NCBI GenBank assembly: GCA_963843375.1
Contig: CAWJKT010000006.1
Coordinates: 160,001 to 224,000, forward strand
Direction: 5' to 3'
Source: an uncultured Pseudomonadota bacterium
GTDB taxonomy: Bacteria > Oederibacteriota > Muellerivitia > Muellerivitales > Muellerivitaceae
DNA: 64,000 nucleotides
Shown here piece after piece: positions 41,444 to 51,663 of this stretch (the first letter of the stretch is position 1; the number at the start of each line of letters is the position of its first letter). A model generated the notes under the pieces. That model made no database searches. It saw only the letters and a program-made list of their open reading frames with translations, and had not been told where the DNA came from. Both the position numbers and the translations under genes were made by a program.

Positions 41444-42442
41444 TTATGGATTCGGCAGGACTTTTAAAATACCCGACATTTTCTTATTACCCAGGTCAAG
41501 GACGACGGTATAGTCTCCCGGAAAAACCACATTCCCCAGTTCATCTTTCCCATCCCAATCGACATAATCTTCCCCCGTTCTTAGTACTCCCTGGTAAAGA
41601 TGCCGAATCAAGAGTCCATGGGTGTTGTAAACCGTCACGGTGACATTTTGGGTCTTTGGAATGTCGATGGTCACTCGCAGGGAATCCCCCTCGGCTGTGG
41701 AACCCGATCCGGAATTGACCGCGGGCATTTCCGAAGGCGGGACATTCGAGGCTGGGGATGGAATTGAACTGGTCCAATTTTTTCCATTCACTTGCGGGAA
41801 AGCCGCTGAATTTGAAGCGAGAGGGGCGGTTTCAACAAACCCGCTTCCATTGTCCGATGGAACCGAGGATTGGACGGAAGAATTCTTCCCATTAAGATCG
41901 GGGTTCGAAGACTGCACGTCTTCGGAAGTTGTCACCCGCGAGCGGGAAGCCGTTAATTCGGATTCCGGATTGTTCAAGGTTGAAGCGGAATTTTCCCCCG
42001 ATGTGACCATTAAGGTTAGGCCCTTTTGGGTTTGATTCTTAGGACCCGATAGGGGGACTCTTGAAATTCCGGTCGAGGGAATCATGGCGGAGAGTTGGCC
42101 GCCAAGCGATTTTTCAAACTCGGGCCAAAGATGTTGGACACCAAAATAAAGAATACCTGCCGATGCGAAAACGAAGGCGATCGTACCGGTGAGTTTGAGG
42201 AAACGATAAATGGGAGAGGGTTTATATTGGCTCCAGACAGCGTCTATTTTTCCGTCTAAACGGCCCGCCATTTGGTCAATCTGAGCTTCCGATAAGGGGC
42301 CCAATCTTTCCGCCACAGCCTGGGTCACTTGTTCGGCAAAAACAGGGTCTTTTCGAATAAGGGCGTCGAATTCGGCTTGGGCTTCCTCGGTAAAAGAGCC
42401 ATCCAAATATATTTGCAACAAGGTTTCAGGCGTGAATTTCAC
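41444..42442 (-). CDS. Probable anti-sigma factor: cytoplasmic domain, TM, Ser/Pro-rich linker, FlgD-Ig-like C-terminal domain
   Basis: LLQIYLDGSFTEEAQAEF, TM IAFVFASAGILYFGV, VTVYNTHGLLIRHL...VDWDGKDELGNVVFPGDY. In frame with the sigma gene as given. Confidence 0.75.
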   Translation of the reverse strand: MKFTPETLLQIYLDGSFTEEAQAEFDALIRKDPVFAEQVTQAVAERLGPLSEAQIDQMAGRLDGKIDAVWSQYKPSPIYRFLKLTGTIAFVFASAGILYFGVQHLWPEFEKSLGGQLSAMIPSTGISRVPLSGPKNQTQKGLTLMVTSGENSASTLNNPESELTASRSRVTTSEDVQSSNPDLNGKNSSVQSSVPSDNGSGFVETAPLASNSAAFPQVNGKNWTSSIPSPASNVPPSEMPAVNSGSGSTAEGDSLRVTIDIPKTQNVTVTVYNTHGLLIRHLYQGVLRTGEDYVDWDGKDELGNVVFPGDYTVVLDLGNKKMSGILKVLPNP

Positions 42443-42997
42443 GAGTTTCTTTCTTCCCATCCTCGGGAATTTTTCCCGAACTTTTTCAATCAACTTTTGC
42501 CTTGCCCGGAACAATCCCGAGGTGACACTTCCCACCGGAATCTTCAAGCGGTTCGCGATGGATTCGTAGGAGAGTCCCTTGAGTTCCCGCAGGGTGATCA
42601 GTTCCTTGTCCCGCCCCTCCAGTTTTTGGATTTCCTCCCGTAGCATCTGCAGGGCTTCTTCCGGATAAGGCGTTGTCTGTTCTCTAGACGGGTGACCGGC
42701 GAAAAAATCCACTGAAAAAGGCATTGTTTTTTTCTTCTTTTCCAATAAATCCCGGCAAAGATTAACCGCGATGTGGTTCATCCATGTGGCCAAAGAGCAT
42801 TCAAATCGGAAGTTTTCGAGGTTTTTAAGGGCCTTTATGAAGGTTTCCTGGACTATATCCTCGACTTCACTATCGTTTCCGAGGAAATACCAGCAGGCGC
42901 GGATGAGGGCTTTTTTATGCGTATCGTAAAATTCTTGGAAAGCGGCGGAATCGCCCTTGAGAATGCGCTTAACGAGTTCCTTTTCGTTTGGATTCAA
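42439..42997 (-). CDS. ECF RNA polymerase sigma factor
   Basis: GDSAAFQEFY, EDIVQETFIKA, LATWMNHIAVNLCRD, GLSYESIANRLKIPVGSVTSGLFRARQKL. TTG 42997 follows GAGG; the end assumes one extra base near 42463. Confidence 0.88.
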
Positions 42998-43113
42998 GGA
43001 ATTCCTCAAATAAGGACTTAGGCATATGGATCCGTTAAAAGATGGTGAAATTATACAAAAGAAAAGGCGATTAACACATTGCGCAGGGAAACAAAAGAAG
43101 ACGGAAATATTTT

Positions 43114-44984
43114 CTACTGACCCAATTGACTGAGGACCTGCAATCGTCTCGTTGACCACGGCAATCATGCGGGAATCGGTGTCAAAACTTCTCTGGGCAA
43201 GGATCATATTCGTAAGTTCGGTCGTTAAATTCACGTTGGATCCTTCCAAGGAATCGTCCTGGATCGTTCCAAAATTACCTTGTCCCGCCAGTCCCACTTC
43301 GGAGGATCCAGCGTTGGCGGACGGAGTAAACTCGTTGTTTCCGACTTGGTTCAAGCCGTCGGGGTTTTGGACTTGTTCTAAGGGCACCTGGGCCAAACTC
43401 ACGGTTTGACCGTTGGAAAAAGAACCTTGGATAATCCCACGTCTGGTTGATATTCAGCCCTTGGAGGACTCCTTCCGCGATATCCGTCCTGTGAAGAAGC
43501 GTAAGGGGTGTTATTGGGCACATAAGTGTTCACCCCGTTAAGGATCTGGTAACTGCCATCTGCGTCGCTATAAAGACCGTTTCTTTCGCCCGTGCCCAAT
43601 AACCCGAAGGTTCCGAAATTAAGGGTGATCGGGGTGATTTCGGCCCCTTCGGTGGGAAGGGGAGAAACCGGCGGATTAAAGTTCGCCGGAGGGAGGTAAA
43701 TCCGGGGCATGGTCATGTAATTCGCGTTCAATCCCGGTGGACCCAGTACCCCTCCGACTCCCCCGCTGGAACCCAGCGAGCCATCGGTATTAAACCAAAG
43801 GAAATCCCCGAAAAAATCCTGTGCCGGCAAATCTCGATTATAAAAAGGGTCGACCCCTCCCCAATTCCGGTTCCGCCCAGCAGATCCGCGGTGGAAACAG
43901 GCTGACCTCCCGTCGTGTCAAAGGCATACCAAGCATAACAAACCTGGTTGGGGCCATCCGGATTATTGATGCCGTCCGCGCCCAGGTCATTCACTTGGTA
44001 AAACTGGACGGTAATCTGCCGGGGATTGCCTACGGAATCATAAACCGTTTCCGTAACCTGCGCGGCGGGAGGCGTGGGGGGCTGTTGATCCCAAACATAA
44101 CTTCCGGCGAAGGCCTGTACAAAACCCAGGTTAACAAATCCGTTTTCCAATGGCGCCGGGGGCGGGTTAACCCCTGGGATAAAATCCGAGAGATCCTCCA
44201 GTTGCTTCAGGGCGAATCCACCCGTAGGCAACGGCTGGATGGTCATGCGGGCCGGATCAATGGCATTGGCCGCCCCAATGTCCGCGATCGTCAGGCCAAC
44301 GGGAAGGCTGGGCCCTCCGCCAAAAATACCTCCCGGAAACAAATTCAAAACGTTGGGCTGCTGGAAGGCATCCAGGTTTCCTTGAAAATCAACTTCCGTG
44401 GTGGCCTTGGGCGCAAGGGTCATGCCCTGGTTGATCTGGATGGAGGTAAGGCCGGAGGTATCATTTGAATCCAATGTTAAGTTCGCTTGGGTCACCGTCA
44501 ATGGCTGGCCGGGGACGTTGGAAGTACTATTGATAAAATCCTGGTTATATTGGTAGGAAGCCTCAATGCCTTGAATACGATCCCCGTTGGGATTGACCAG
44601 ATAACCCTGACTGTCAAAAGTTAGGTCGCCCGCACGGGTCAAAAAGCTTTGGTTCCCTTGCTTGGCGACCAAAAATCCATTCCCTTGGATGGATATATCC
44701 GTAGCGATCCCGGTATTGATCGTCGTTCCCTGGGTAAAGATTGTTTCAATCGAAGCCAATCGGGTTCCCAATCCAACCTGTTGCGGGTCGACGCCGCCTG
44801 ATCCGTCCGCGGGATTATCACCCAAACCTTCCATAAGTGTTTGGCTGAGCTGATCGGAAAATTCAGCACGGCTGGCCTTAAAAGCCACCGTGTTGACGTT
44901 GGATATGTTGTTTCCAATCACGTCCAGCCATTGGCTGTCGGATTGCAAACCGGAAATAGAGCTGAACATGGCTTGAAGGCCCAT
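43114..44984 (-). CDS. flgE: Flagellar hook protein FlgE-like (~620 aa), several frameshifts
   Basis: SISGL...LDVIGNNISNVNTVAFKASR, DISIQGNGF, TRAGDLTFD, VYDSVGN, LEGSNVNLTTELTNMILAQRSF. Likely true end ETLQVLSQLGQ* at 43114. Confidence 0.88.
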
Positions 44985-45223
44985 GAAGACTCCGCCAATA
45001 CAAGATTTTTCAGGATCGAATGTCGTTTAAGCGCAGTAATCCAAATCAACCTAACGGGTTTTTTCTTTAAAACATGAGTTCATTTTGTTTTCAAATAAAG
45101 AAAAAGCCTAAGCTTGTGGATAACTTTTGGATCCAAAAATCTTCAAAAAAGCTTCAAAAACCGTGAAATGGTGACGCACCTTCCTGTTTGTAAAATTCCG
45201 AGGACATTTCGCCCCTATTCAAA

Positions 45224-45262
45224 ATAAAAAAAGCCGGCCTCCCCGAAGGAAGAACCGGCTTT
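45224..45262 (-). terminator. Intrinsic terminator after the SET gene
   Basis: AAAGCCGGTTCTTCC-TTCG-GGGAGGCCGGCTTT plus a T tract on the minus strand. Confidence 0.85.
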
Positions 45263-45284
45263 ATTCGAAAAGCGAAGTTTCGAA

Positions 45285-45788
45285 TTAATTGGAAGCGGCT
45301 GTCATCTTTTTGCGGTATTGAGGCCCGACTTGAACCATTCCCGAGCAATTAGCCGAACCACACTGGCACTTGAACTCATAACTCCAATTGCCCACATTGT
45401 CGGTATGGCGGTAATCCCAGCTGATTTCTTCCCCCGCAGGAATGTCCCGGGTGGAGATCAGAACGATACCGTTAACGACCTTGGCACTCGGATCACAAGC
45501 ATGGTTTACGAAACAAAGGGGATCACAACCATTCTCATAATCATGAAGCATGATGAAACCCGGATAAATGTACATCGCATGGTCAATGTTTAATCGATCC
45601 GCGGGAACTGTCCGGGCAAGGGACTCAATTTCTTCCTCGGGAATGACGATCCCGCCGAACACTCCGACGACTTCATTTTCCTTAATGTCACGTACCGCGT
45701 AGACACCCTTCCCTTCCATACCGCTTTGTTTGACTTCCACTGCGTCGCTAACCCAAGGCTTGATTTTCATTGGATTTTGTTGAACCAT
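45285..45788 (-). CDS. SET-domain protein-lysine methyltransferase with post-SET
   Basis: GKGVYA, FVNHACDP, GEEISWDY, CQCGSANC. Confidence 0.9.
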   Translation of the reverse strand: MVQQNPMKIKPWVSDAVEVKQSGMEGKGVYAVRDIKENEVVGVFGGIVIPEEEIESLARTVPADRLNIDHAMYIYPGFIMLHDYENGCDPLCFVNHACDPSAKVVNGIVLISTRDIPAGEEISWDYRHTDNVGNWSYEFKCQCGSANCSGMVQVGPQYRKKMTAASN

Positions 45789-45983
45789 CCTTTTAACAGT
45801 TTGGCCGGTCCCCAAACCCGGTCCTTAATGGGGGAGATTCTATCGCAAACCCCCCGGCGGGTTCATCGGTTCTTTATATTTTTTTAGGCCATTTTTAAAG
45901 GCCTTTTGGGGGTCGGCAAGGCAGGGAAACCCCTCCCAGCCTCGAAGCTCCCGGCGGATTCCCTCACCTCCGGGGCCTTTGTT

Positions 45984-46451
45984 TCAAATATGGCAGGAAC
46001 CCAACCCTCGTTTGGCAAGATACTGTTGATGATAATCCTCAGCTTTCCAAAAAATAGCTGCGGGAACAATTTGAGTCACAATCGGACTCTTGTATCCGGT
46101 CTTTTGAAGTTTTTCCTTGGACTCCTTGGCGGCCTTTTCTTGTTTTGAATCATGGAAAAAAATCACCGACCGATATTGTGTGCCGATATCCGGACCCTGT
46201 CGGTTCAAGGAAGTCGGATTATGGCTGCTCCAAAACAAATCCAATAATTGCTCGTAGGAAACCTTTTGGGGATCAAATTCGACCTGGACCACCTCGGCAT
46301 GGCCGGTGCGATCGGTGCAAACATCCTTATAGGTAGGCGCATTAGTATTTCCGCCTTCATAACCAACCGCAGTTGAAACAACGCCCTTCATTTGTCTAAA
46401 GGCCTCTTCCACTCCCCAAAAACATCCCGCTCCAAAGGTGGCTTTTTCCAT
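45984..46451 (-). CDS. msrA: Peptide-methionine (S)-S-oxide reductase
   Basis: [34 protein letters not shown]. Confidence 0.97.
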   Translation of the reverse strand: MEKATFGAGCFWGVEEAFRQMKGVVSTAVGYEGGNTNAPTYKDVCTDRTGHAEVVQVEFDPQKVSYEQLLDLFWSSHNPTSLNRQGPDIGTQYRSVIFFHDSKQEKAAKESKEKLQKTGYKSPIVTQIVPAAIFWKAEDYHQQYLAKRGLGSCHI

Positions 46452-46540
46452 GACATCCCTTTCTACCTTTTCAATTTAAAAAAACAAACCGAAACAAGGT
46501 TCTTTTGTAGTCAATACCTTCTCGAATTTAAAGAGGTTAC

Positions 46541-49500
46541 TTATTTTAGGATTAAGAGTTTAGAAATCCAACGGTTGGTAGGCGTGGTGACGACCACGTA
46601 ATAAAGGCCGTTTGCGCCTGATTCCCCGATAAAACCAGATGGATCTAGGCTGAAATTAAATATTCCGGCAGGTACAAAATGGCTCGTGTTCTCATAAACC
46701 TTCCGGAAAGCCGTGGTGAAAACCTTCACGGTTAAGTAATCGTGGGGATTGGTTAAAGAAACGGACAAAGTTACCGTTCCAGGACCTTTCAAGGGATTAG
46801 GAAAGAGAATAGGAGTGGGAATCACGACAACCGTTGTTGTTTGGGTAACGTTTGGCGTCAATGTACCTGAAACCGTGAAAGTTGGAGTAAAGGTGGGGGT
46901 TGTACTGGGTGTAATGGTCGAATTTGGTGTAACGGTGCCTGAAGGAGAAGCCGTTGGCGTCGAGGTATAACTCGGGGTAGCTGTATCGGTAGGGCTGTTG
47001 GTGGGAGTAGCCGAATCGGTATTGGTGACGGAGGAGGTCGAAGTCAAGGTAAGGGTATTGGTAACGGTGGGCGTCGGAGTGCCCGTAGCGGTAGAAGTTG
47101 AAGTCCAGGTCAGATTAGGTGTATCGGTCACTGTGAAGGTGGGAGTAAGGGTTGGGGTGGAGGTGGGTGTTCCAGTCAAAGTAGGGGTCGATGAAGGGGT
47201 GTCGGAGGGAGTGGAACTCGGGGTAGCGGTAATTGTGGGACTATTCGTTGGAGTGAAGCTGGACGTGGAAGTGGGCGTAAGGGTAATGGTTGAAGTAACG
47301 GTAAAAGTCGGGGTTAAAGTCGGGGTTCCGGTTTGAGTGGGAGTTTCCGTGATAGTGGATGTTGGCGTCAACGTAAAGCTGCTGGTGGGAGTTCCAGTAT
47401 CGGTAGTGGTGGCCGTTAAAGTGGGCGTACCGGTCAAAGTATTGGTCGGGCTGTTTGTGAGAGTGGCGGTAATTGTTGGAGTTCCAGTAGAAGTGGATGT
47501 GATGGTGATGGTGGGTGAATTAGTGGGCGTAGCCGTGACCATGTTTGCCGGACAATAATTGGCATAAATCGATTGATACCCAGTGGTGTAGGTTGGAAGC
47601 ATCGTCGCGGCGACGGTGGGATAAATCCAGGAGGAAGGATTGACAACAAAAGCCGCCGAGTTTTGGGTCACAGAGGCTTGATAAACAAAGGAATATTGCG
47701 TTACCGGATAACTGGAAAAGATATAAGCCAACCAATAGTTTCCAGCCGTCACGGGGGATGCGGGGATCGGAAAAACGTTCCAACCTGCTGTTAATATTTG
47801 GGGACCGGGGCCCGATTGGTTTACCAAGTTTGCCATAGTAGTCGTCGCGGCGTTGTTGGAGAAGAGAGCGACATTCGCCTGAAATCCCGCGTCCGCCGGG
47901 GGAACGTAAAGAGAAATGGTGTCTACCGTACCCGCGGAAGTAACGGGATAGCAGCTAGCCCACATTTCAGCAACATCAGAGGCGTAAACCGGCGTGGGAG
48001 TGATATTGGTACTCCCAAAAAGCAGGGCGGAAGCTCCGCAAACAGGAGTCAGGCTCAGGTTGGGAGTCGCCGTTATGGTGCTGGTATTCGTGGAACTGGG
48101 AGTGCTGGTAAAGATTGTCCCGGTAATGGTGGGTGTCGAGGTAAAGGTAGCGGAGGGGCTTGCAGTGGGAGTGCTTGTATTTACCGTACCAGGGCAATAG
48201 TTGGCCACCATAGGTTCATAAAAACCACTTCCATATTCGGAGACACTCGATCCATTGGAAGGAAAAGTCCATGAACTCAGAGGTGAACTATAGGCGTAAA
48301 TAATGGAGGTTCCCCCAACGTAGTCTTCAATGACGTTTAAAGCACTGACGGGACCAGAATAGTCATAAGCCAGCCAATAATTCCCTGCCGTTACCGGAGT
48401 ATTAGGAACTGAAAAAGAATTCCATCCAGCCGTTGAAAGCTGATAGGTAGCGGCTTGGGCCAATAAATTGCCCATCGTCGTGGTTGATTGATTGTTGGAG
48501 TAAATAGCCGGTTCAACATAAAAAAGACCAGCGTCCTGTGAAGGCAGGTAAATCGACATGGTTTCAATGTCTCCCGACTGGGGCATGTTATATAGAAAAG
48601 CGATCATTCCAGTAGAGGCGACTACCGTTTGGGGTGAAGCGCTTGATACCGTTGCTTCCCCGAAGAAGGTGGCCGATGCCCCACAATCCGGTGTCAGACT
48701 GGGATTCGGGGTGTTTGTTACAGTCAAAGTAATCGTTGCCGTAAGGGTGTTAGTGGGAGTCGAGGTAGGTGTGGAACTGGGCGTGTTGGTAAAAATGGTT
48801 CCCGTAGCGGTTGGGGAAAATGAAATGGTCGCTGTTGGACTAAGGGTAGGAGTATTTGAAGCGGTGAGCGTAAAGGAGGAGGTAGGTGTCGCTGTGGGCA
48901 CTTCGCAATAAACCGCGTAAATTGCATCCGAAATATAAGGAGAGACCGAGTCATAGGATATGGTTGTCGGCATGTTGGCAGGCATGGTTCCCGCGCTAAA
49001 CGTAACGGATCCCGAGGTATAAGCCAAGCCATTGGCAGTCGTCGAAGAAGCTGTAACAACCTCATAACTTCCGGTCGTATCGTAACAATAAGCCAGCCAA
49101 TAAGTTCCAGCCGCAAGATAAGTAGGCGTAATGGAAATCCCATTCCATCCTTCAATGGTTGTCTGGGGGGCCGACGAAACAACCAGGCTTCCAATATTGC
49201 TCGCTGGACCGCTGTAAATTCCTGCCATGACTTGGACACCGGAAGCGGGACAATCCAACCACAAGCTGTAAATCGACGCGGGCACGCTTAAACTAAACAT
49301 ACTGGCTCTCATGGTATTGGTGGAGGTTCCAGCGGGATTTCCCACGGTGACTCCCATGGTGTGAGCCAAAGCCCCACAAGGCGGAGTTAAAGTCGGATTA
49401 GGCGTAAAAGAATTGGTCGGGGTATTGGTGTCGGTGGGGGTACCGCTTGGAGTTCGGGTGGGTGTTAGGGTAGGCGTGTTGGTAGGGGTGTGGCTGGCCG

Positions 49501-49609
49501 TGGTGGTTGGGCTATTGGTCGCAGTGTTCTGAGCGAAAGTAAGGACCGGAAACGCCAAGAACATGAGCCATACAAACGATATTATATAAAGGCGTCGAGC
49601 CGAAACCAT
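46541..49609 (-). CDS. Large secreted Thr/Pro-rich surface protein with three Cys-bounded repeat domains and a T9SS-like C-terminal domain
   Basis: Signal peptide; (TP/TxT)n linkers; 3x CG...GWN...AGxYWLAY...YC; C-terminus LFPNP...VKVFTTAFRKV...NGLYYV...KLLILK. Confidence 0.85.
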   Translation of the reverse strand: MVSARRLYIISFVWLMFLAFPVLTFAQNTATNSPTTTASHTPTNTPTLTPTRTPSGTPTDTNTPTNSFTPNPTLTPPCGALAHTMGVTVGNPAGTSTNTMRASMFSLSVPASIYSLWLDCPASGVQVMAGIYSGPASNIGSLVVSSAPQTTIEGWNGISITPTYLAAGTYWLAYCYDTTGSYEVVTASSTTANGLAYTSGSVTFSAGTMPANMPTTISYDSVSPYISDAIYAVYCEVPTATPTSSFTLTASNTPTLSPTATISFSPTATGTIFTNTPSSTPTSTPTNTLTATITLTVTNTPNPSLTPDCGASATFFGEATVSSASPQTVVASTGMIAFLYNMPQSGDIETMSIYLPSQDAGLFYVEPAIYSNNQSTTTMGNLLAQAATYQLSTAGWNSFSVPNTPVTAGNYWLAYDYSGPVSALNVIEDYVGGTSIIYAYSSPLSSWTFPSNGSSVSEYGSGFYEPMVANYCPGTVNTSTPTASPSATFTSTPTITGTIFTSTPSSTNTSTITATPNLSLTPVCGASALLFGSTNITPTPVYASDVAEMWASCYPVTSAGTVDTISLYVPPADAGFQANVALFSNNAATTTMANLVNQSGPGPQILTAGWNVFPIPASPVTAGNYWLAYIFSSYPVTQYSFVYQASVTQNSAAFVVNPSSWIYPTVAATMLPTYTTGYQSIYANYCPANMVTATPTNSPTITITSTSTGTPTITATLTNSPTNTLTGTPTLTATTTDTGTPTSSFTLTPTSTITETPTQTGTPTLTPTFTVTSTITLTPTSTSSFTPTNSPTITATPSSTPSDTPSSTPTLTGTPTSTPTLTPTFTVTDTPNLTWTSTSTATGTPTPTVTNTLTLTSTSSVTNTDSATPTNSPTDTATPSYTSTPTASPSGTVTPNSTITPSTTPTFTPTFTVSGTLTPNVTQTTTVVVIPTPILFPNPLKGPGTVTLSVSLTNPHDYLTVKVFTTAFRKVYENTSHFVPAGIFNFSLDPSGFIGESGANGLYYVVVTTPTNRWISKLLILK

Positions 49610-49730
49610 TTCCCTTCCCTTTCAAAAGCGTGGTTATTCTAACGGCTTTTAAAGGGAAAACTTGATAAAACCAATTGGCGGCTGGCAGTTATCGTTATCC
49701 AAAAAGTCGTATAACCGGCAAAACAGGCTA

Positions 49731-50444
49731 TTATTCGTTCGCCCAATAAACCACTAAGTCCCCCACGAAAACCCCCGGACCATTCTCTTTAATCGTCTCA
49801 AGCCCAAGATCCAACTCAAGCCGTTGTTTCAATTGGCTATTATTCAGTTGAAAATTCGCCTTTAGATTCAATGTGGCTCGAACCTCGAAATCAATCTTGA
49901 TCTTGGGGAAATTAGGTTTAGGCGGATAAGGGAAAATAAGCCCGCATCGTCCGGTTTTCCTCGGATTTAGGAGGTTTATTGGATTTGGATGCGTCCGTGG
50001 CCGCCACAATCCGGTATACGCTGACCGCATTGGGGTCTTTAAGATTTCCCTGAATAGCCTTAAACCAGCCAGGATATTGTTCCGGATCCACCGGGGAATA
50101 GACCATATCCAGTGGATGGACTTCGGCCTTCCCGCCTTGCGAATCATCATTCACCAAAACTCCGCTGATATAAACGGGTTTACTTTGCATGTTTTGCACG
50201 GAATGCAAGAAGTTCTGCCGTCCCGAAGGCTCCAAGCTTTACCTTGAGATCCAGATGTCCGCTGGAATTCGCCGCTTTGTTACGATTCAATAGGTACTGC
50301 TTGTCATCTGGAACAAACCTGACGGAGAAATCACCTTCTGGGCTTACACCTGGAACGTCCGGTAATTTTACCGGCGATATTGGAAAGATAAACATTACAA
50401 TCCACAAGGGTGTTTTTCTTGCCGAACAAGTCCATTAGACCCAT
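49731..50444 (-). CDS. Hypothetical protein (~236 aa) split by about three single-base insertions
   Basis: Consecutive overlapping minus-strand ORF fragments join by removing single bases; ATG 50444 follows GGGAAGGG. Confidence 0.55.
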
Positions 50445-50662
50445 AAAACCCTTCCCTTCCAAAACTTTAAAATTACCTGGCCATTGGATGATTAATAATA
50501 CACCCTTTTTAGGGCTCCACCACCCTTTGACCTCAATGGGTAAATAACCCTTGGGAATTCCACCTTTAAAACAACTTCAAATAAAGCCTAACCTTATATG
50601 GAAATTACCCTATTTCCTCCCCTAATCTAGGATCCATTAAAAAAACACTCGGGGAGTTCCTA

Positions 50663-51650
50663 ATGGAAAAAAGAAAATTGGGTCAGCAGGGCCTGGAAGT
50701 CCCGGCTTTGGGTCTGGGTTGCATGGGGATGAGCTTCGCTTATGGGAAGGCTGATGAGTCCGAATCCCTTCGAACCCTCGACCGTTCTTTGGAGTTGGGA
50801 ATCAATTTCTGGGATACCGCCGAGGCCTATGGTCCCTATCTAAACGAGGAATTATTAGCCAAAGCCCTCAAAGGGACGACGCGAAAAAGTGGTCATCGCC
50901 ACCAAATTCGGATGGAAGAATGGCTTGTCCAAACCCGAAAACCTGGATGGCTCGGCTCAAAATGTTTATCAGGCAGTGGAAGGTTCCCTCAAAAGATTGG
51001 GAACCCACTACATCGACCTACTTTACCTCCATCGTCTGGATCCCAAAACACCCATTGAGGAAACGGTCGGTGCCATGTCCCAGTTGGTCCAGGAAGGGAA
51101 AGTAAAATATATCGGCTTAAGCGAAGTCGGCCCTCAAACTCTGCGCCGGGCCCACCAAGTCTATCCTCTCACGGCCCTCCAGAGCGAATACTCCCTTTGG
51201 GAAACAGGCGTAGAAGAAAGGGTACTTCCTACTTTAAGGGAATTAGGTGTTGGTTTTGTTCCCTTCAGTCCCGTAGGCCGAGGTTTTTTGACCGGGGAAA
51301 TCAAAAAATTCGAGGACTTGGGGGAAAATGACAACCGACGAAACCTACCCCGTTTCCAAAGGGAAAATTTCCTGGATAACATGAAGCTCGTAGAAGAGGT
51401 AAAAAAATTAGGGGCTGCCAAAAATTTTTCAGCCTCCCAAATTGCCCTTGCTTGGCTACTACACCAGGGAAAGGACATCGTTCCAATCCCTGGCACCACC
51501 AAAGTCAAACACTTGGAAGAAAATGCCAAAGCCACCGAAATCCGGTTAGGCACTGAAGACCTCGCAAAGATCGGCCAAATCCTTACGGGGATCAAAATAT
51601 CTGGAGCCCGTTATGGGGAAATGATGGGCAAGATGGTGAGTTTGGAATAA
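50663..51650 (+). CDS. Aldo/keto reductase, one frameshift near 50875
   Basis: GLGCMGMS, DTAEAYG, IATKFG, IDLLYLHR, LQSEYSL, PIPGT. Confidence 0.93.
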
Positions 51651-51663
51651 GCGTCTCTAGGAA

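Noticed and set aside
41444..43402. 652-aa ORF fusing the FlgE C-terminus, sigma and anti-sigma
   Set aside because: Removing one base near 43145 ends FlgE normally at TAG 43114. The linker translates as low-plausibility intergenic sequence, and the sigma has its own RBS and TTG start.
45115..45123. Perfect DnaA box (TTATCCACA on the minus strand)
   Set aside because: Single copy, with no cluster or dnaA context; not enough to call an origin.
46749..48911. Plus-strand Val/Gly-rich ORFs
   Set aside because: Antisense shadows of Thr/Pro codons in the large surface protein.
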